Made by a program: the position numbers and the translations under genes. The notes under the pieces were generated by a model that ran no database searches, was not told the origin of the DNA, and saw only the letters and a list, made by a program, of their open reading frames with translations. A stretch of DNA of 54,293 nt from an uncultured Deinococcaceae bacterium. GTDB taxonomy: Bacteria; Deinococcota; Deinococci; Deinococcales; Deinococcaceae. Positions 1 to 10,225 of this stretch are shown here, piece by piece; position 1 is the first letter of the stretch, and the number at the start of each line of letters is the position of its first letter. The DNA lies in assembly GCA_964252075.1 (NCBI GenBank), contig CAXULY010000037.1, positions 1 to 54,293 on the forward strand, written 5' to 3'.

Positions 1-255
1 AGTGGCTGGGGTGCGTCGTCTTGTCGGTGCAGCGTAATCAACCCGAGGATCAGTAACAAGGGCGCTGTGCTGGGACGCCTTGCCTGACCAGACCGACGCG
101 CTCGCGGTCCGTTCGCCTGCCCGCGTCGCTTTTTGACTGGAGGTGCACGCCTATCGGCGCCGCACCCGAGGTACCTGGCGGTTAATCACCTATCCGCAAG
201 CGCACCGGCACCGAGGCTCGGCCGGAGGACACCATGCCCGGGCACATCGTCGGTG

Positions 256-445
256 TGGTCCTGCGTCAGACCTGCGGGATGGGCAGGAGCGCCGCTGGTT
301 CATCGACGACGGCGAGCGGCTGGCGCTAATGGGGCACATACCGGTCCTTGTGCCGTGCACGGGCGGCCAGGGCTTCTGGACGCCGCCCATGGACGTCGAG
401 GCGCGCGTGGTGCAGCGGCGGCGCGAGCCGCGGGTGGCGGTCTGA
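256..445 (+). pseudogene. ASCH-like domain C-terminal remnant, paralogue of 19048..19335
   Basis: PASDLRD..RWFIDDGERLAL..PCTGGQGFWTPP resembles the ASCH C-terminal P-x-P-x-x-G-x-Q-G-x-W motif; DNA is similar to 19114-19300. Confidence 0.45.
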
Positions 446-1197
446 GCCCTCCCCACGTTGCCACAGCACGGGTGGGAGCACCGCAGCGACCACGCCGTGT
501 GCCCCTCACGCCAGGTCTCACGCCAGGACCGCTCGCCGAGCGCGGCTCCCTCGACCTGCGCACTTGGACGTGGCTGTGAAGGTCTCCGAGCACCTCCCCT
601 CCCCGCAGGCGAAGGCGCTGCTGCGCCTTGAGGCGCACACGCACGGCATGACCGAGTGCGTGCTCAAGACGCCCCATCAGAACGGCTGGGGTGTGTAGCG
701 CAGGGCGCTGTTCGTGTGGGAAGACCACCACAAGCCCTCACCTGCTTCCTATTGCTGGAGCACATTCCAGCCCTGGTTCAAGACAAGGGTGAATTGGTTT
801 CCCGCACAGCGGCCCATCACAGTGGTCGGTCGTGTCACGTACCAATACAGCACCTAGTGAACACTCGGGGGGACGGATGGCGTGATTAAAGTGCCACCCC
901 CGTGCGCGACATCCAGATACAGCCGTGCGGAGAGCAACCGGGCAAAGTGACCAGAGCGCCGGCCGTGAGGCACAACGACGGATCGTTTCCCGCGCGCCGC
1001 GCGGGCGGGGGTCTCCTCCAGAGGGTCGAACCCGTAAGCGCTGAACCTTCCGCGCCGAGCATCGGTGGCCGTGATGGAATGATCGTGCCTGGGTGTTGTC
1101 CGCCCTGCGCCGGATGGAGGTCCACACCAACAGCGAAAGCGGCCGATCAGCAAGCGTCTCATTCAGCGCATTGGGCCTGCCGCGTACTGTGAGCGGT

Positions 1198-1482
1198 GTG
1201 AAGACGCACCAGCAGATCCTGCTCCATTCCGTGGTCTGCGGCCTGCTGGTGTACCTGCTGCAGGTCGCCGGGTGGGCGGTGGCCTCCCCCAGCTCCGGGG
1301 GGACGCCCTGTACGCCGCGCGTGCCGGTGTCCGGCGCGGTGGTCGCCCAGGCGGTGACCTTCGCGTGGCAGCCGCTGCGCCCTGCCGTGCAGGCACAGCT
1401 GCCCACCGCCCGGTTGCACCCGGCGGCGCTGACCGGCACGCTGTTCTGGCCGCGGGACAGGGCGCGCCGCTGCGACACGTGA
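1198..1482 (+). CDS. small exported/membrane hypothetical protein (94 aa)
   Basis: TACTGT -10 box 7 nt before GTG; hydrophobic N-terminus MKTHQQILLHSVVCGLLVYLLQVAGWAVA; hairpin directly after the stop. Confidence 0.5.
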   Translation: MKTHQQILLHSVVCGLLVYLLQVAGWAVASPSSGGTPCTPRVPVSGAVVAQAVTFAWQPLRPAVQAQLPTARLHPAALTGTLFWPRDRARRCDT

Positions 1483-1515
1483 AAGGGGAGTGGCTCATGA
1501 GGAGCCACTCCCCTT
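1483..1515. terminator. 14-bp perfect hairpin, putative terminator
   Basis: AAGGGGAGTGGCTC-ATGAG-GAGCCACTCCCCTT. Confidence 0.55.
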
Positions 1516-1837
1516 GGCACCCACGCCCTGGCACTGCATGGACCACCCCAAGCCGCGCGGCTGCGGGCCTATTTCGTTCACCGCAGGCGTTCGATGGTCA
1601 GGACGATCAGGAGGTGAACTGCGGCGCCCATGGCTGGGAGGAGCATGGACTGGGTGGACCTGATCTCCACCTGCTCGCGCGCGCTCATGAAGCCGCGGAC
1701 TGCCTCTCGCACCTGCGGGCCCACGCAGTTCACCTCGGCTCATCATGCCCTGCCGTTGCGGGGCGCTGGCCGCCAGGCCGATGCCGCGTGCAGGCCGGTC
1801 GAACAATGGGCGGTGCTCAGGCGTCCCCGCGGACCGA

Positions 1838-2618
1838 TCAATCGGGAATCAAGGCGCGCTGTGCAGGGGCCTCGCAAACGAATGTCGCCAGCGCGTCGTT
1901 GAACGCCTGCGGTTGCGTGCGGTGCGGGATGTGTCCCACCCCTGGGATCCTCACCAGGCGCGCGTCTGGCAGGGTCCGCCGCAGGTGCCCCTCCACGCTG
2001 GGCGGCACCATGTTGTCCGCGTCGGAGTGCAGCAGCACCGGGTGCGCGCAGCGGGGCAGCAGCGTTCGGCAGTCGCTGTCGACAATCGCGCGAGACACCA
2101 CCTGCGCCACCTGCGGATTCACCCTACGGACGCGCTCCAGTATCTCGCGCAGCGTCAGGGGGGATGGGCCGACCATTGACACCGCCAGGTCCGAGGACCA
2201 CGCGTCAAAGGTGTCGATGCGGGCGTAGAACGCGTCCACGTCCGCCCGGCTGAAGCCCCCCACGTACCCGGCGTCGTTCAAGTACCGGGGGCTGGCGCCG
2301 ACGAAGGCCAAGGCGCGCACGCGCTCCGGGCGCGCCCACGAGCGTCACGTCCTGCTGGTCGAGCTCGTCGAGCAGCCCGACCAGATCCTTCGCGTACCCT
2401 TCGAGGCGGTGGTGCCGGGTGGGGTCGAACAACGCTGCGTCGGACCGACCGAAGCCCGCGAGGTCGTACGTGATCTCCTGGTGGTCCCGCGACAGGGCGT
2501 TCACCTGATGCTGGAACACGGCGCTGTCCGTGCAGAGCCCGTGTCCGAACAGCAGGATGGGGCCGTGGGTACCGGACCGCTGGATGTTCGACCGATGGTC
2601 CAAAGACGCTGTGTTCAT
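1838..2618 (-). pseudogene. RsbQ/KAI2/D14-like alpha/beta hydrolase, internally deleted and frameshifted
   Basis: HGLCTDSAVF, YDLAGFG and GASPRYLND motifs; frame changes at about 2333 where the G-H-S nucleophile elbow should be; ATGA overlap with the HD-GYP stop. Confidence 0.85.
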
Positions 2619-5600
2619 GGTTCTGCCTCTTCGGCATGCTGGGGTTCCCGGTTGATCAAGCGCAAGAAGGCCTGCACGACGTGCGGGTCGAACTGCCGGC
2701 CGGCCTCCTCCATGAGGTACGCCAGCGCCCGCTCGTCCGTCCACGCGGCGCGGTACGGGCGGTCGCTGGTGAGCGCGTCGTACACGTCCACCACGCTGAA
2801 CACCCGCGCGGCGAGCGGGATGTCCACGTCCGCGAGGCCCGCCGGGTAGCCGCTCCCGTCCCACTTTTCGTGGTGGTGCAACACCACCTCCAGGGTCGCC
2901 GGGGGAAGGTTGGGGATGTGCGCGAGCATCTCGTACCCGATGGTGGCGTGGCGCTGCATGAGGGCCCACTCGTCCGCGTTGAGTTTCCCCGGTTTGAGCA
3001 GCACCGAGTCGGGAATGGCGACCTTGCCGGTGTCATGGAGATACGCGCCCCAGCGGAGTGCATCGAGGTCCGCGCCCTCGAAGCCCATCGCGCGGCCCAG
3101 CCGCTCGCTGAGCGCCACCACGCGGTCGGTGTGGCCTTTCGTTTCGTAATCGCGGTACTCCAAAGCGAGGCCCAGCGCGCGCAGGGTCTCCTCCCGCGCC
3201 GCGGCCAGCTGCTGCAGGTGCAGCGCGCGCTCCAGCGCGACCCCCACGCGCTCCGCCACCGCGCGCAGCAACTTCCGGGACGCCAGGGCGACTTCAGCTT
3301 CGGGCGTCAGCAGCAGAAACGCCCCCTGCAGCTGCCCGTTCGCCATGACGGGCAGGGCGGTCACCCCTTGATGAAACCGGAGCGGCGCCTGAAGCGGTGG
3401 GCACAGCTCCTCATGATTGATCACCGTGTGGTGGACCTGGCCGGCATTCAGCCGGGCGCCCCCAGCTCCCAGCGCCTCCACCGTCGGGTACGCGCGCTGC
3501 AAGGCGGACAGCAGGTCCTCCGGGCAGCCGCTGGCGTGCAGCAGCGTCAGGCGCCCGTCCTGGATGTCCACGTAGCAGCCCCCCGTGTACTCGGTGAGGC
3601 GCAGGCAGCGCTCCAGCGCCTCGCGCGCCATGACCTTCGGGTCGACTTGACCTTCCAGGGCGACGGTGAGCTCCACGAACTGCTCCGCGCGCGCCAGCTG
3701 CGCCTGAAGTTGCTCCTCCGCGAGTTTGCGCGCGTGGATGTCCACGGCGACGGACTGGAATTCCAGCACCTGCCCGGTGAGGGGAGAGCGGATGGCCCTG
3801 ATGGTCGCTTCGACCCAGCGTGAGTCGCCCTCTGCCTGGCGTGCGCGGCACACCAGCTTTGCCGACGTGAACGAAGGGGCTTGCGTGTCCTTCAGGAACT
3901 GCCGCGCGCATTCCGCGTCGTCGGGGTGCACCAGCGAGAGGGGATGTGCCTGCTGGAACGCATCCGGGGTGAGGCCAAGCATGGCCTGGCAGGCCGGGGA
4001 GACGTACGTGCACACCCCCTGCGGTGTGTAGGTGGCGATGACGTTGCTGGTGTGCTCCGCCAGCAGGCGGAACTTGCGTTCGCTGGCGGCCAGTTCACGC
4101 TCGGCAGCGAGGCGCTGGGTGACATCTTCAATCACCACGAGTTTCGCCGGGCGGCCCTCGAAGGTGAGCAGGTGCGCGCGCGTGATGACGTCCACGACCC
4201 GGCCGTCCCGGGTGACGTGACGGCCGGGCGTGCCGTTCGCCTGCGTGGACGGGGCGCTCAGGAACGGCAGCATGGACGCCACGTCCTCCGGCGGGCGGAC
4301 ATCCGTGATCTTCAGGGCCAGGAAGGCGTCGCGGGTGTACCCGTACTTGCGCAGTGCAGCGTCGTTCACCTCTAGGAAATCCAGGGTTTCGTGGTCGTAC
4401 ACCCACATCGGCAGTGGGTTGTGTGCGAACAGCGCCTGAAAGGCCTCCTGCTGGCGGGTCAGTGCCACTTCCGCTTCGCGCTGCGCGGTGACGTCGCGCG
4501 AGTTCACCAGCACACCGCGCACGTGCGGGTCGTGGGTGTGGCTGGCGCCGGTGGACGCCAGCCACACCCAGTGCCCGTCGTGGTGGCGAAAGCGGTACGT
4601 GAATTGAACGGTTTCGCCCGTGTGGGTGAGGGCATACCGGATCCCACTGGTGACGTTCGCGTGGTCGTCAGGGTGCACGAACTCCAGGGCGTTGTGACCG
4701 ATCAGGTCGCTCAGCGGGTAGCCGAGGAGGCGGGTGGCAATTTCGGTTTCGAACAGAATCGTGCCTTCCGGCCCGAGGATGGTGGTGAGGTCCGCCGCGT
4801 AGCGGGTGAGGGTGCGGTACCCCTCCTCGCGCGTGTTCAGATCCTCCTGGGTGCGGTGGCGTTCAATGGCGTGCGCGCAGAGATCGGCGACGCTCCGCAT
4901 GAAGTGCTGCTGGGCGGCGCTGAAGGTCTGCCCCTGCCCTTCGGGAAAGTTCAGGGTGAGGACGCCGGTCGGGCCGTCGTGTCCGAGCAGGGGCAGGGCG
5001 GCGGCGCTGCCGAGCGCGGGGGGGCGGGTGCTGCGCAAGTGCGGGTACTGTGTGTCCCAGTCGTCCGGCGTGAGGAAGATCGCGCGGCGTTCCCGGATGG
5101 CGTCCGTCATGGGAAGGGCCACGGTGAGGGGAACGTGCACCCACGCCTCGACGACCCACGTGGGATACCCGATGCTGCCGCTCACGGTCAGGTGCGCGCC
5201 ATCGGAGCTGAGTAGGGCCAGACCACCCATGGGGGCGCCCAGGGTGGGCAGGGCGTCGTGCAGGATCACCTGAAGGACGTCATTGAGGGAGCGGGTGCCG
5301 AGCAGGGTCTCGGCGAGCCGAACGACCGCCCGGATGCGGTGGTCGGCTTCAACGTGGGCGGTGACGTCGGTCGCGGTGAGGAGGAGGCCACCGACGTCGG
5401 GGTCCTGCGTGAGGTTGACCACCGTGCCTTCCAGCCAGCGCCAGGTGCCGTTCGCGTGCCGCACGCGATACAGCGGCAGGTTGATGGTGACGGCGGGGGG
5501 GAGCTGAACGAAGTCCAGCAGACGCAAGGTGGGGGCGTCATCGGGATGCACGAAGTCCCACAACACGTCAGGGCATGGGTGCGCGCCGAGGTCGGTGGTC

Positions 5601-5770
5601 GTGGGGTACCCGAGGTGCCGGCAGGTGGCGGGGGTGTGGGCGCGCACGGTGCCGTCCGGGTTCACCACGGTCACGAGGGCCGCGCTGTGTTCGAGGAGCG
5701 TGCGGAACAGCGAGGACTCCAGGGCGGGCGTGGAACGCGTTGTGGTGAAGCCAGGCTCGGGTGGGGTCAC
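2615..5770 (-). CDS. PAS-GAF-PAS-PAS-PAS-GAF-HD-GYP cyclic-dinucleotide phosphodiesterase
   Basis: repeated VHPDD PAS motifs, GAF segments, HDTGK, HHHEKWDGSGYP, DVYDALTSDRPYR; AGGAG RBS. Confidence 0.93.
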   Translation of the reverse strand: MTPPEPGFTTTRSTPALESSLFRTLLEHSAALVTVVNPDGTVRAHTPATCRHLGYPTTTDLGAHPCPDVLWDFVHPDDAPTLRLLDFVQLPPAVTINLPLYRVRHANGTWRWLEGTVVNLTQDPDVGGLLLTATDVTAHVEADHRIRAVVRLAETLLGTRSLNDVLQVILHDALPTLGAPMGGLALLSSDGAHLTVSGSIGYPTWVVEAWVHVPLTVALPMTDAIRERRAIFLTPDDWDTQYPHLRSTRPPALGSAAALPLLGHDGPTGVLTLNFPEGQGQTFSAAQQHFMRSVADLCAHAIERHRTQEDLNTREEGYRTLTRYAADLTTILGPEGTILFETEIATRLLGYPLSDLIGHNALEFVHPDDHANVTSGIRYALTHTGETVQFTYRFRHHDGHWVWLASTGASHTHDPHVRGVLVNSRDVTAQREAEVALTRQQEAFQALFAHNPLPMWVYDHETLDFLEVNDAALRKYGYTRDAFLALKITDVRPPEDVASMLPFLSAPSTQANGTPGRHVTRDGRVVDVITRAHLLTFEGRPAKLVVIEDVTQRLAAERELAASERKFRLLAEHTSNVIATYTPQGVCTYVSPACQAMLGLTPDAFQQAHPLSLVHPDDAECARQFLKDTQAPSFTSAKLVCRARQAEGDSRWVEATIRAIRSPLTGQVLEFQSVAVDIHARKLAEEQLQAQLARAEQFVELTVALEGQVDPKVMAREALERCLRLTEYTGGCYVDIQDGRLTLLHASGCPEDLLSALQRAYPTVEALGAGGARLNAGQVHHTVINHEELCPPLQAPLRFHQGVTALPVMANGQLQGAFLLLTPEAEVALASRKLLRAVAERVGVALERALHLQQLAAAREETLRALGLALEYRDYETKGHTDRVVALSERLGRAMGFEGADLDALRWGAYLHDTGKVAIPDSVLLKPGKLNADEWALMQRHATIGYEMLAHIPNLPPATLEVVLHHHEKWDGSGYPAGLADVDIPLAARVFSVVDVYDALTSDRPYRAAWTDERALAYLMEEAGRQFDPHVVQAFLRLINREPQHAEEAEP

Positions 5771-6218
5771 GGTGCTCCTCCTGTGGGGGATCCGGAGAGT
5801 GTGGAGCTGGGAAACCCGAGTGAAGATACCCGAATGATTTTCACATTTTGCTTACATGAAGGAGAATGGGCATCAGGACTCCTCCATGCCAGGCTTCCGC
5901 ACGGACTGGGAGATGACCGGGTAGGGCGGTGGCGGAGCGCCACGCCTGGACCTTCCGGCACGTTCAGCAGCGGGTGCGCCTCCGCACCTCCAAGCAACTG
6001 CCCCGGCGCGCCGCTTCGTCCACGAAGCCTTGCGTCACGATGCCCAGCAGGCTCCTCAGGTCGGAAGGGTGCTGACCGATCCGGACCGCATCCGGGGCGT
6101 GGTGCGGCGCTTGGCGGCGCGTTTCAGGGGTGAACGGTGGGGGGCGGAGCGTACCATGGGGCGTGCATCTCCCGTTCTTTTGCCGCCTGTCCGGGCGCAT
6201 TTCGTCCTGGCGTCCAGC

Positions 6219-7970
6219 ATGACCTGGCTGCGCGCGCCGCGCGCGCTGCCGTCCACGTGGCGCACGCTGGTCATCGCGGTGGCGGGCTTGCTGCTGCCGC
6301 TGTTGTGGCCGGGCCTGCGGGCCCACCTGTTCACCATCGCGGGCGGCATGACGATGCGCGCGCCGTCCGACTCGGGCACCCTGGAGGTCCTGCACCTGGG
6401 GGCGGACGCGCTGATCGCGGTGGCGTACACCTTCATCGCGGGCGTGCTGGCGTTCATCGTGCGGCGGCACCGGCACCTCCTGCCGTTCGACTGGGTGGTG
6501 CTGTCCTTCGGGCTGTTCATCGTGGCGTGCGGCGGCACGCACTTCATGCACGTCCTCACGTGGTTCGTTCCGGTGTTGTGGCTGGACGGGTACGTGCGGG
6601 CCCTGACCGCCATCGTGAGTGTCGCGACGGCGCTCGCGCTGCCGGCGCTCGTGCCGCGCATCGCGCTGCTGCTGGACGCCGAGCGCGCCGTCGCGGAGCA
6701 GCGGCAGGCACTGGAGCGCGCGAACGCCGCACTGCAGGAGGCGCTGGCGCGCGCGGAGGTGCTTGCGGCGCTCGGTGAGGCCCTGCAGTCCGCCGCGACC
6801 GGAGAAGAAGCGCAGCGCCGTGCGCTGGAGCGCCTCGGTCCGGCGCTGCACGCCACCGCCATGCTGGTCGTGACGTGGGATCAGCAGCGCGTGGCGACGC
6901 AGTCCCGCTGGGGCGCGCTGCCCCGCAGTGTGGAGCGCGCAGTGGCGCAGGCGGACTTTTCGAGCGCGGACGCGCCCGTGCTGTTCGAGGCGCTCGAGCG
7001 GGGCGCGCCCCGCTACGTGGACGAATACGGGGACGTGTCGGGCGCGCACCCCGAGCTGTCCGCGCTGGCCTTCGCCGTGGAGCCTGTCTTGCACCGCTCG
7101 GGCGGCGTGGTGGGCGCCCTCACGGTGTGGCGGGGCGCCGTGGGCGGCTGGTCGGACAGCGAACGCGACCTGCTGCGGCGCGCGGCGGCGACGGTGGGGC
7201 TGGCGCTGGAGCGCATGGACGCGACACGGCAACTCACCGCGCAGAACGAGGCCCTGGAGGTCCGCACGCGAGAACTGTCCGCCGTGAATGGGGAACTTGA
7301 GGCCTTCGTGTACTCCGTGAGTCACGACCTGCGGGCGCCCGTGCGGCACGTCACGGCCTTCGCGGACCTCGCGCTGGACGCGGCACACCGCACGGACCCG
7401 GAGCGCCTCGAGCACGCCCTGCACACCATCCAGGGCGCCGGGCGCCGCATGAACGCCCTCATCGATGGCATGCTCGCGCTCTCCCAGGTGGGCCGCCAAG
7501 CGCCCGCGCGAGGTGCCGTGGACCTGAACGCGCTCGTCGAGCAGGCGCGGCGCGACGTGGAGCAGGAACACCCGGGGCGCCGCATCAACTGGCGGGTGTC
7601 GACCCTCCCGACCGTGTGGGGCGACGCGGTCCTGCTGCAGCAGGTCATGACGAACCTGCTCTCGAACGCCGTGAAGTACTCCAGCACGCGCGAGCGGTCC
7701 GACGTGCAGGTAACGGCCGTACCGAACGGCGCACAGTGGGTCATCACCGTGAGTGACAATGGCGTGGGGTTCGACGAGCGGCACGCTCAGCGCCTGTTCG
7801 GGGTGTTTCAGCGCCTCCACCCCGAGCGGGACTTCGCGGGGACCGGCGTGGGTCTCGCGACGGTGCGGCGCATCGTGCAGAAGCACGGCGGTGAGGTGTT
7901 CGCGCGCGGCGAGCCAGGGCGCGGCGCGCAGTTCGGCTTCACGCTCCCCGTGGAGCGCGCGCCGTCCTGA
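6219..7970 (+). CDS. sensor histidine kinase with ethylene-receptor-type TM domain, GAF, HisKA and HATPase
   Basis: DALIAVAY...FIVACGGTH...TAIVSVATA; H-box SHDLRAP; N-box NLLSNAVKY; DNGVGF; GTGVGL; start could lie further upstream (6030). Confidence 0.9.
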   Translation: MTWLRAPRALPSTWRTLVIAVAGLLLPLLWPGLRAHLFTIAGGMTMRAPSDSGTLEVLHLGADALIAVAYTFIAGVLAFIVRRHRHLLPFDWVVLSFGLFIVACGGTHFMHVLTWFVPVLWLDGYVRALTAIVSVATALALPALVPRIALLLDAERAVAEQRQALERANAALQEALARAEVLAALGEALQSAATGEEAQRRALERLGPALHATAMLVVTWDQQRVATQSRWGALPRSVERAVAQADFSSADAPVLFEALERGAPRYVDEYGDVSGAHPELSALAFAVEPVLHRSGGVVGALTVWRGAVGGWSDSERDLLRRAAATVGLALERMDATRQLTAQNEALEVRTRELSAVNGELEAFVYSVSHDLRAPVRHVTAFADLALDAAHRTDPERLEHALHTIQGAGRRMNALIDGMLALSQVGRQAPARGAVDLNALVEQARRDVEQEHPGRRINWRVSTLPTVWGDAVLLQQVMTNLLSNAVKYSSTRERSDVQVTAVPNGAQWVITVSDNGVGFDERHAQRLFGVFQRLHPERDFAGTGVGLATVRRIVQKHGGEVFARGEPGRGAQFGFTLPVERAPS

Positions 7971-8112
7971 CCGCCCGGTCGGGATTCGCTTCCGAGGCGG
8001 GCCTGCCAGGCTGGCCCCATCATTGCCGCCCGCGACCCCCCGAATCCAAGCGCCACCATGTGGCGCGGCGGCCTTCAGGGTGCGCGGCGCACCCCATGAA
8101 CAGGCCGTGGTG

Positions 8113-8568
8113 TCAGGTGGGCGTGACCCTTCGGCCTGGCCGGCGGGCGGTGGCGATGGCGAGGCGGTTCCAGGCGTTGATGTCGAGGATCGCGCCGATC
8201 AGCTGCACCACCTGACGCTCGCTGAAGTGCGCCGCCACCCCCGCGTACACGTCGTCCGGCACGTGATCGGTGCTCACGCGCGTCACGTGCTCCGCGAAGC
8301 GGAGCACCGCCTGTTCCTCAGGCGTAAACAACTCCGTCTCCCACCAGGCGGCCAGCACGTCCAGCCGCTGCTGGGATTCCCCGGCCCGGCGGGCCTCCTC
8401 GGTGTGCAGGTTCAGGCAGTACGCGCACCCGTTGATCTGCGACACCCGCACATCGATGAGGTACAGCAGGCGCGCGTCGAGGCCACTCCCGCGCGCGTAG
8501 GTGTGCAGCGCGCCGAGCGCCTGGCCGAGGGCCGGGTCCGTGCGGATGTGGTCAACGCGTTGGGTCAT
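8113..8568 (-). CDS. AhpD/carboxymuconolactone decarboxylase family protein
   Basis: RVSQINGCAYCLNLH CxxC motif; INAWNRLAI. Confidence 0.9.
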   Translation of the reverse strand: MTQRVDHIRTDPALGQALGALHTYARGSGLDARLLYLIDVRVSQINGCAYCLNLHTEEARRAGESQQRLDVLAAWWETELFTPEEQAVLRFAEHVTRVSTDHVPDDVYAGVAAHFSERQVVQLIGAILDINAWNRLAIATARRPGRRVTPT

Positions 8569-8577
8569 GTTTCCTCC

Positions 8578-8985
8578 TCAGGTGGGTTCATCCTCAATGA
8601 CGTTCGGACCGAAGTACCGGACCCGCTGCGCGCCGACGCTCTGGTACGCCTTCAACACCGCGGTGAAAGCGGGGTCATCCCGGCGGACGTGGACGGTCAC
8701 CACCGCACGGCCGGCACGGAGTTCCTCGCCATACTCACGGAGGTCCTGATGCTCATCCGTGAGTCCCTGTGACCAGCGAACGAAGCGTCCGTACCGTCCG
8801 TGCCTGTCCCCATCAGGGTCCAGCCAGCGCTCGCCCGCCTCGCCGCAGAGCACCATCACGTCCGGGGTCTTCAGCGGCAGTGCACCCAGGGCGCCCAGGA
8901 GGGACCTGAGGTCCGGCCCGGACCACACCACCCCGATGAGGCGACGCTCGGGATACACGGGCAAGGCGTGATCAATGGCGTTCAT
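8578..8985 (-). CDS. hypothetical protein
   Basis: GGAGG RBS, in operon, GC3-biased codons. Confidence 0.7.
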   Translation of the reverse strand: MNAIDHALPVYPERRLIGVVWSGPDLRSLLGALGALPLKTPDVMVLCGEAGERWLDPDGDRHGRYGRFVRWSQGLTDEHQDLREYGEELRAGRAVVTVHVRRDDPAFTAVLKAYQSVGAQRVRYFGPNVIEDEPT

Positions 8986-8998
8986 GGCGGGCGCCTCC

Positions 8999-9253
8999 TC
9001 AGTCCGCGCGCCAGTAGCGGTTCGCCCGCGCGATGGTGGCGAACTCGTGCGCCACCACGTGCGAGATCGCGATCAGGTCCGCGGCGTTGCTGGAGTACCC
9101 GGGCCGCAGGGCATTGCGGACCGCTTCGTCCGGCTGCGTGAAGCGGATGATGAGCTGTGCCATGTGGACGGCGAGGCGCCGGCCCTCCTCGGGCGTGGCG
9201 GTGATCAGCGTGTTGTTGGGCACGAGGGCCGTGTCGGTGGGAGCGGTGGTCAT
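8999..9253 (-). CDS. hexameric tyrosine-coordinated heme protein (HTHP) family
   Basis: LITATPEEG..LAV...TQPD..VR..LR..Y..NA..LIA...F.TIA.AN.YW matches the HTHP pattern including the axial Tyr. Confidence 0.85.
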   Translation of the reverse strand: MTTAPTDTALVPNNTLITATPEEGRRLAVHMAQLIIRFTQPDEAVRNALRPGYSSNAADLIAISHVVAHEFATIARANRYWRAD

Positions 9254-9354
9254 GCGAACCCCTTTCAAGGATGGTCTGGTGCGCGGCGCCGGGTGGCGCG
9301 CTGGTGCCGCGAGATAATTTCGAGAGGAAGACGGCCTCACGGTGCTTTATTTCC

Positions 9355-10122
9355 CTATTTCCCTGCGGCAACCTGCTCGGCGGCGGTTTCGATGACCCGC
9401 GCGACGGCGTCGGGCTGAGAGATGTACACCGCGTGGCTCGCGCCGGGCACCTCGGTGATGGTGGTCTTCGACCGCGTGTACATCGCGCGCTCGATGCTGG
9501 GGTTGATGCTCTTGTCCGCGGTGGGGATGATGCCCCACGCGGGCTTGCTGTTCCACGCCGCCTGCGTCAGGTTGGCGCCCAGCGCCCGGATCGACACGGG
9601 GATCTGCGACGCCGCCATGAACGCCGCCTGCGCGTCACTCAGGTCCGCCGCGAAACCCGCGTGGAACTTCGCGGGGTCGTAGTACGAGAAGCCCTGGTCG
9701 TCCGGCGGGAGCAACCCGCTCTCCGGCGCGGGCGGCTCCGACGTGGCCCACTTCAGGGCGGACTCGCCGACGTCCGGCTGGAAGGCCGCGACGTACACCA
9801 GCCCCACCACCTTGGGGTCCACGCCCGCCTGGGTGATGACCGCGCCGCCGTAGGAGTGCCCGACCAGGAGGACGGGGCCGTCCTGCCGGGCGAGGGCGCG
9901 GTTCACGGCGGCGACGTCGTCGTCCAGGGAGATGAGGGGGTTCTGCACGACCGTGACGGTGTAGCCGTCCTGGGTGAGGATCTGGTAGACGCCCGCCCAG
10001 CCGGACCCGTCGGCGTACGCGCCGTGGACCAGCAGGATGTTCTTCACGGCGCCCGCGGGGGCGGCGTGGGCGACGCCCAGCAAGGAGCCGAGCGCGAGGG
10101 CGGCCAGGGTGAATCGCTTCAT
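9355..10122 (-). CDS. secreted alpha/beta hydrolase
   Basis: signal peptide MKRFTLAALALGSLLGVAHA; HGAYADG; GHSYGG; ASH catalytic His. Confidence 0.9.
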   Translation of the reverse strand: MKRFTLAALALGSLLGVAHAAPAGAVKNILLVHGAYADGSGWAGVYQILTQDGYTVTVVQNPLISLDDDVAAVNRALARQDGPVLLVGHSYGGAVITQAGVDPKVVGLVYVAAFQPDVGESALKWATSEPPAPESGLLPPDDQGFSYYDPAKFHAGFAADLSDAQAAFMAASQIPVSIRALGANLTQAAWNSKPAWGIIPTADKSINPSIERAMYTRSKTTITEVPGASHAVYISQPDAVARVIETAAEQVAAGK

Positions 10123-10225
10123 GAAGGACCTCCAGCAGGGGATGTGAAATTCGGTCGGGGAAGGACGCCGCGCCACCACCGGCATGGGATCGCACCGGGG
10201 CGTCTGGCGCGGCCCACGTCTTGCT

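Noticed and set aside
5964..7886. 640-aa minus-strand ORF and similar long antisense ORFs (12108-13520, 15031-16578)
   Set aside because: Shadow frames of real genes in high-GC DNA, with no recognisable motifs
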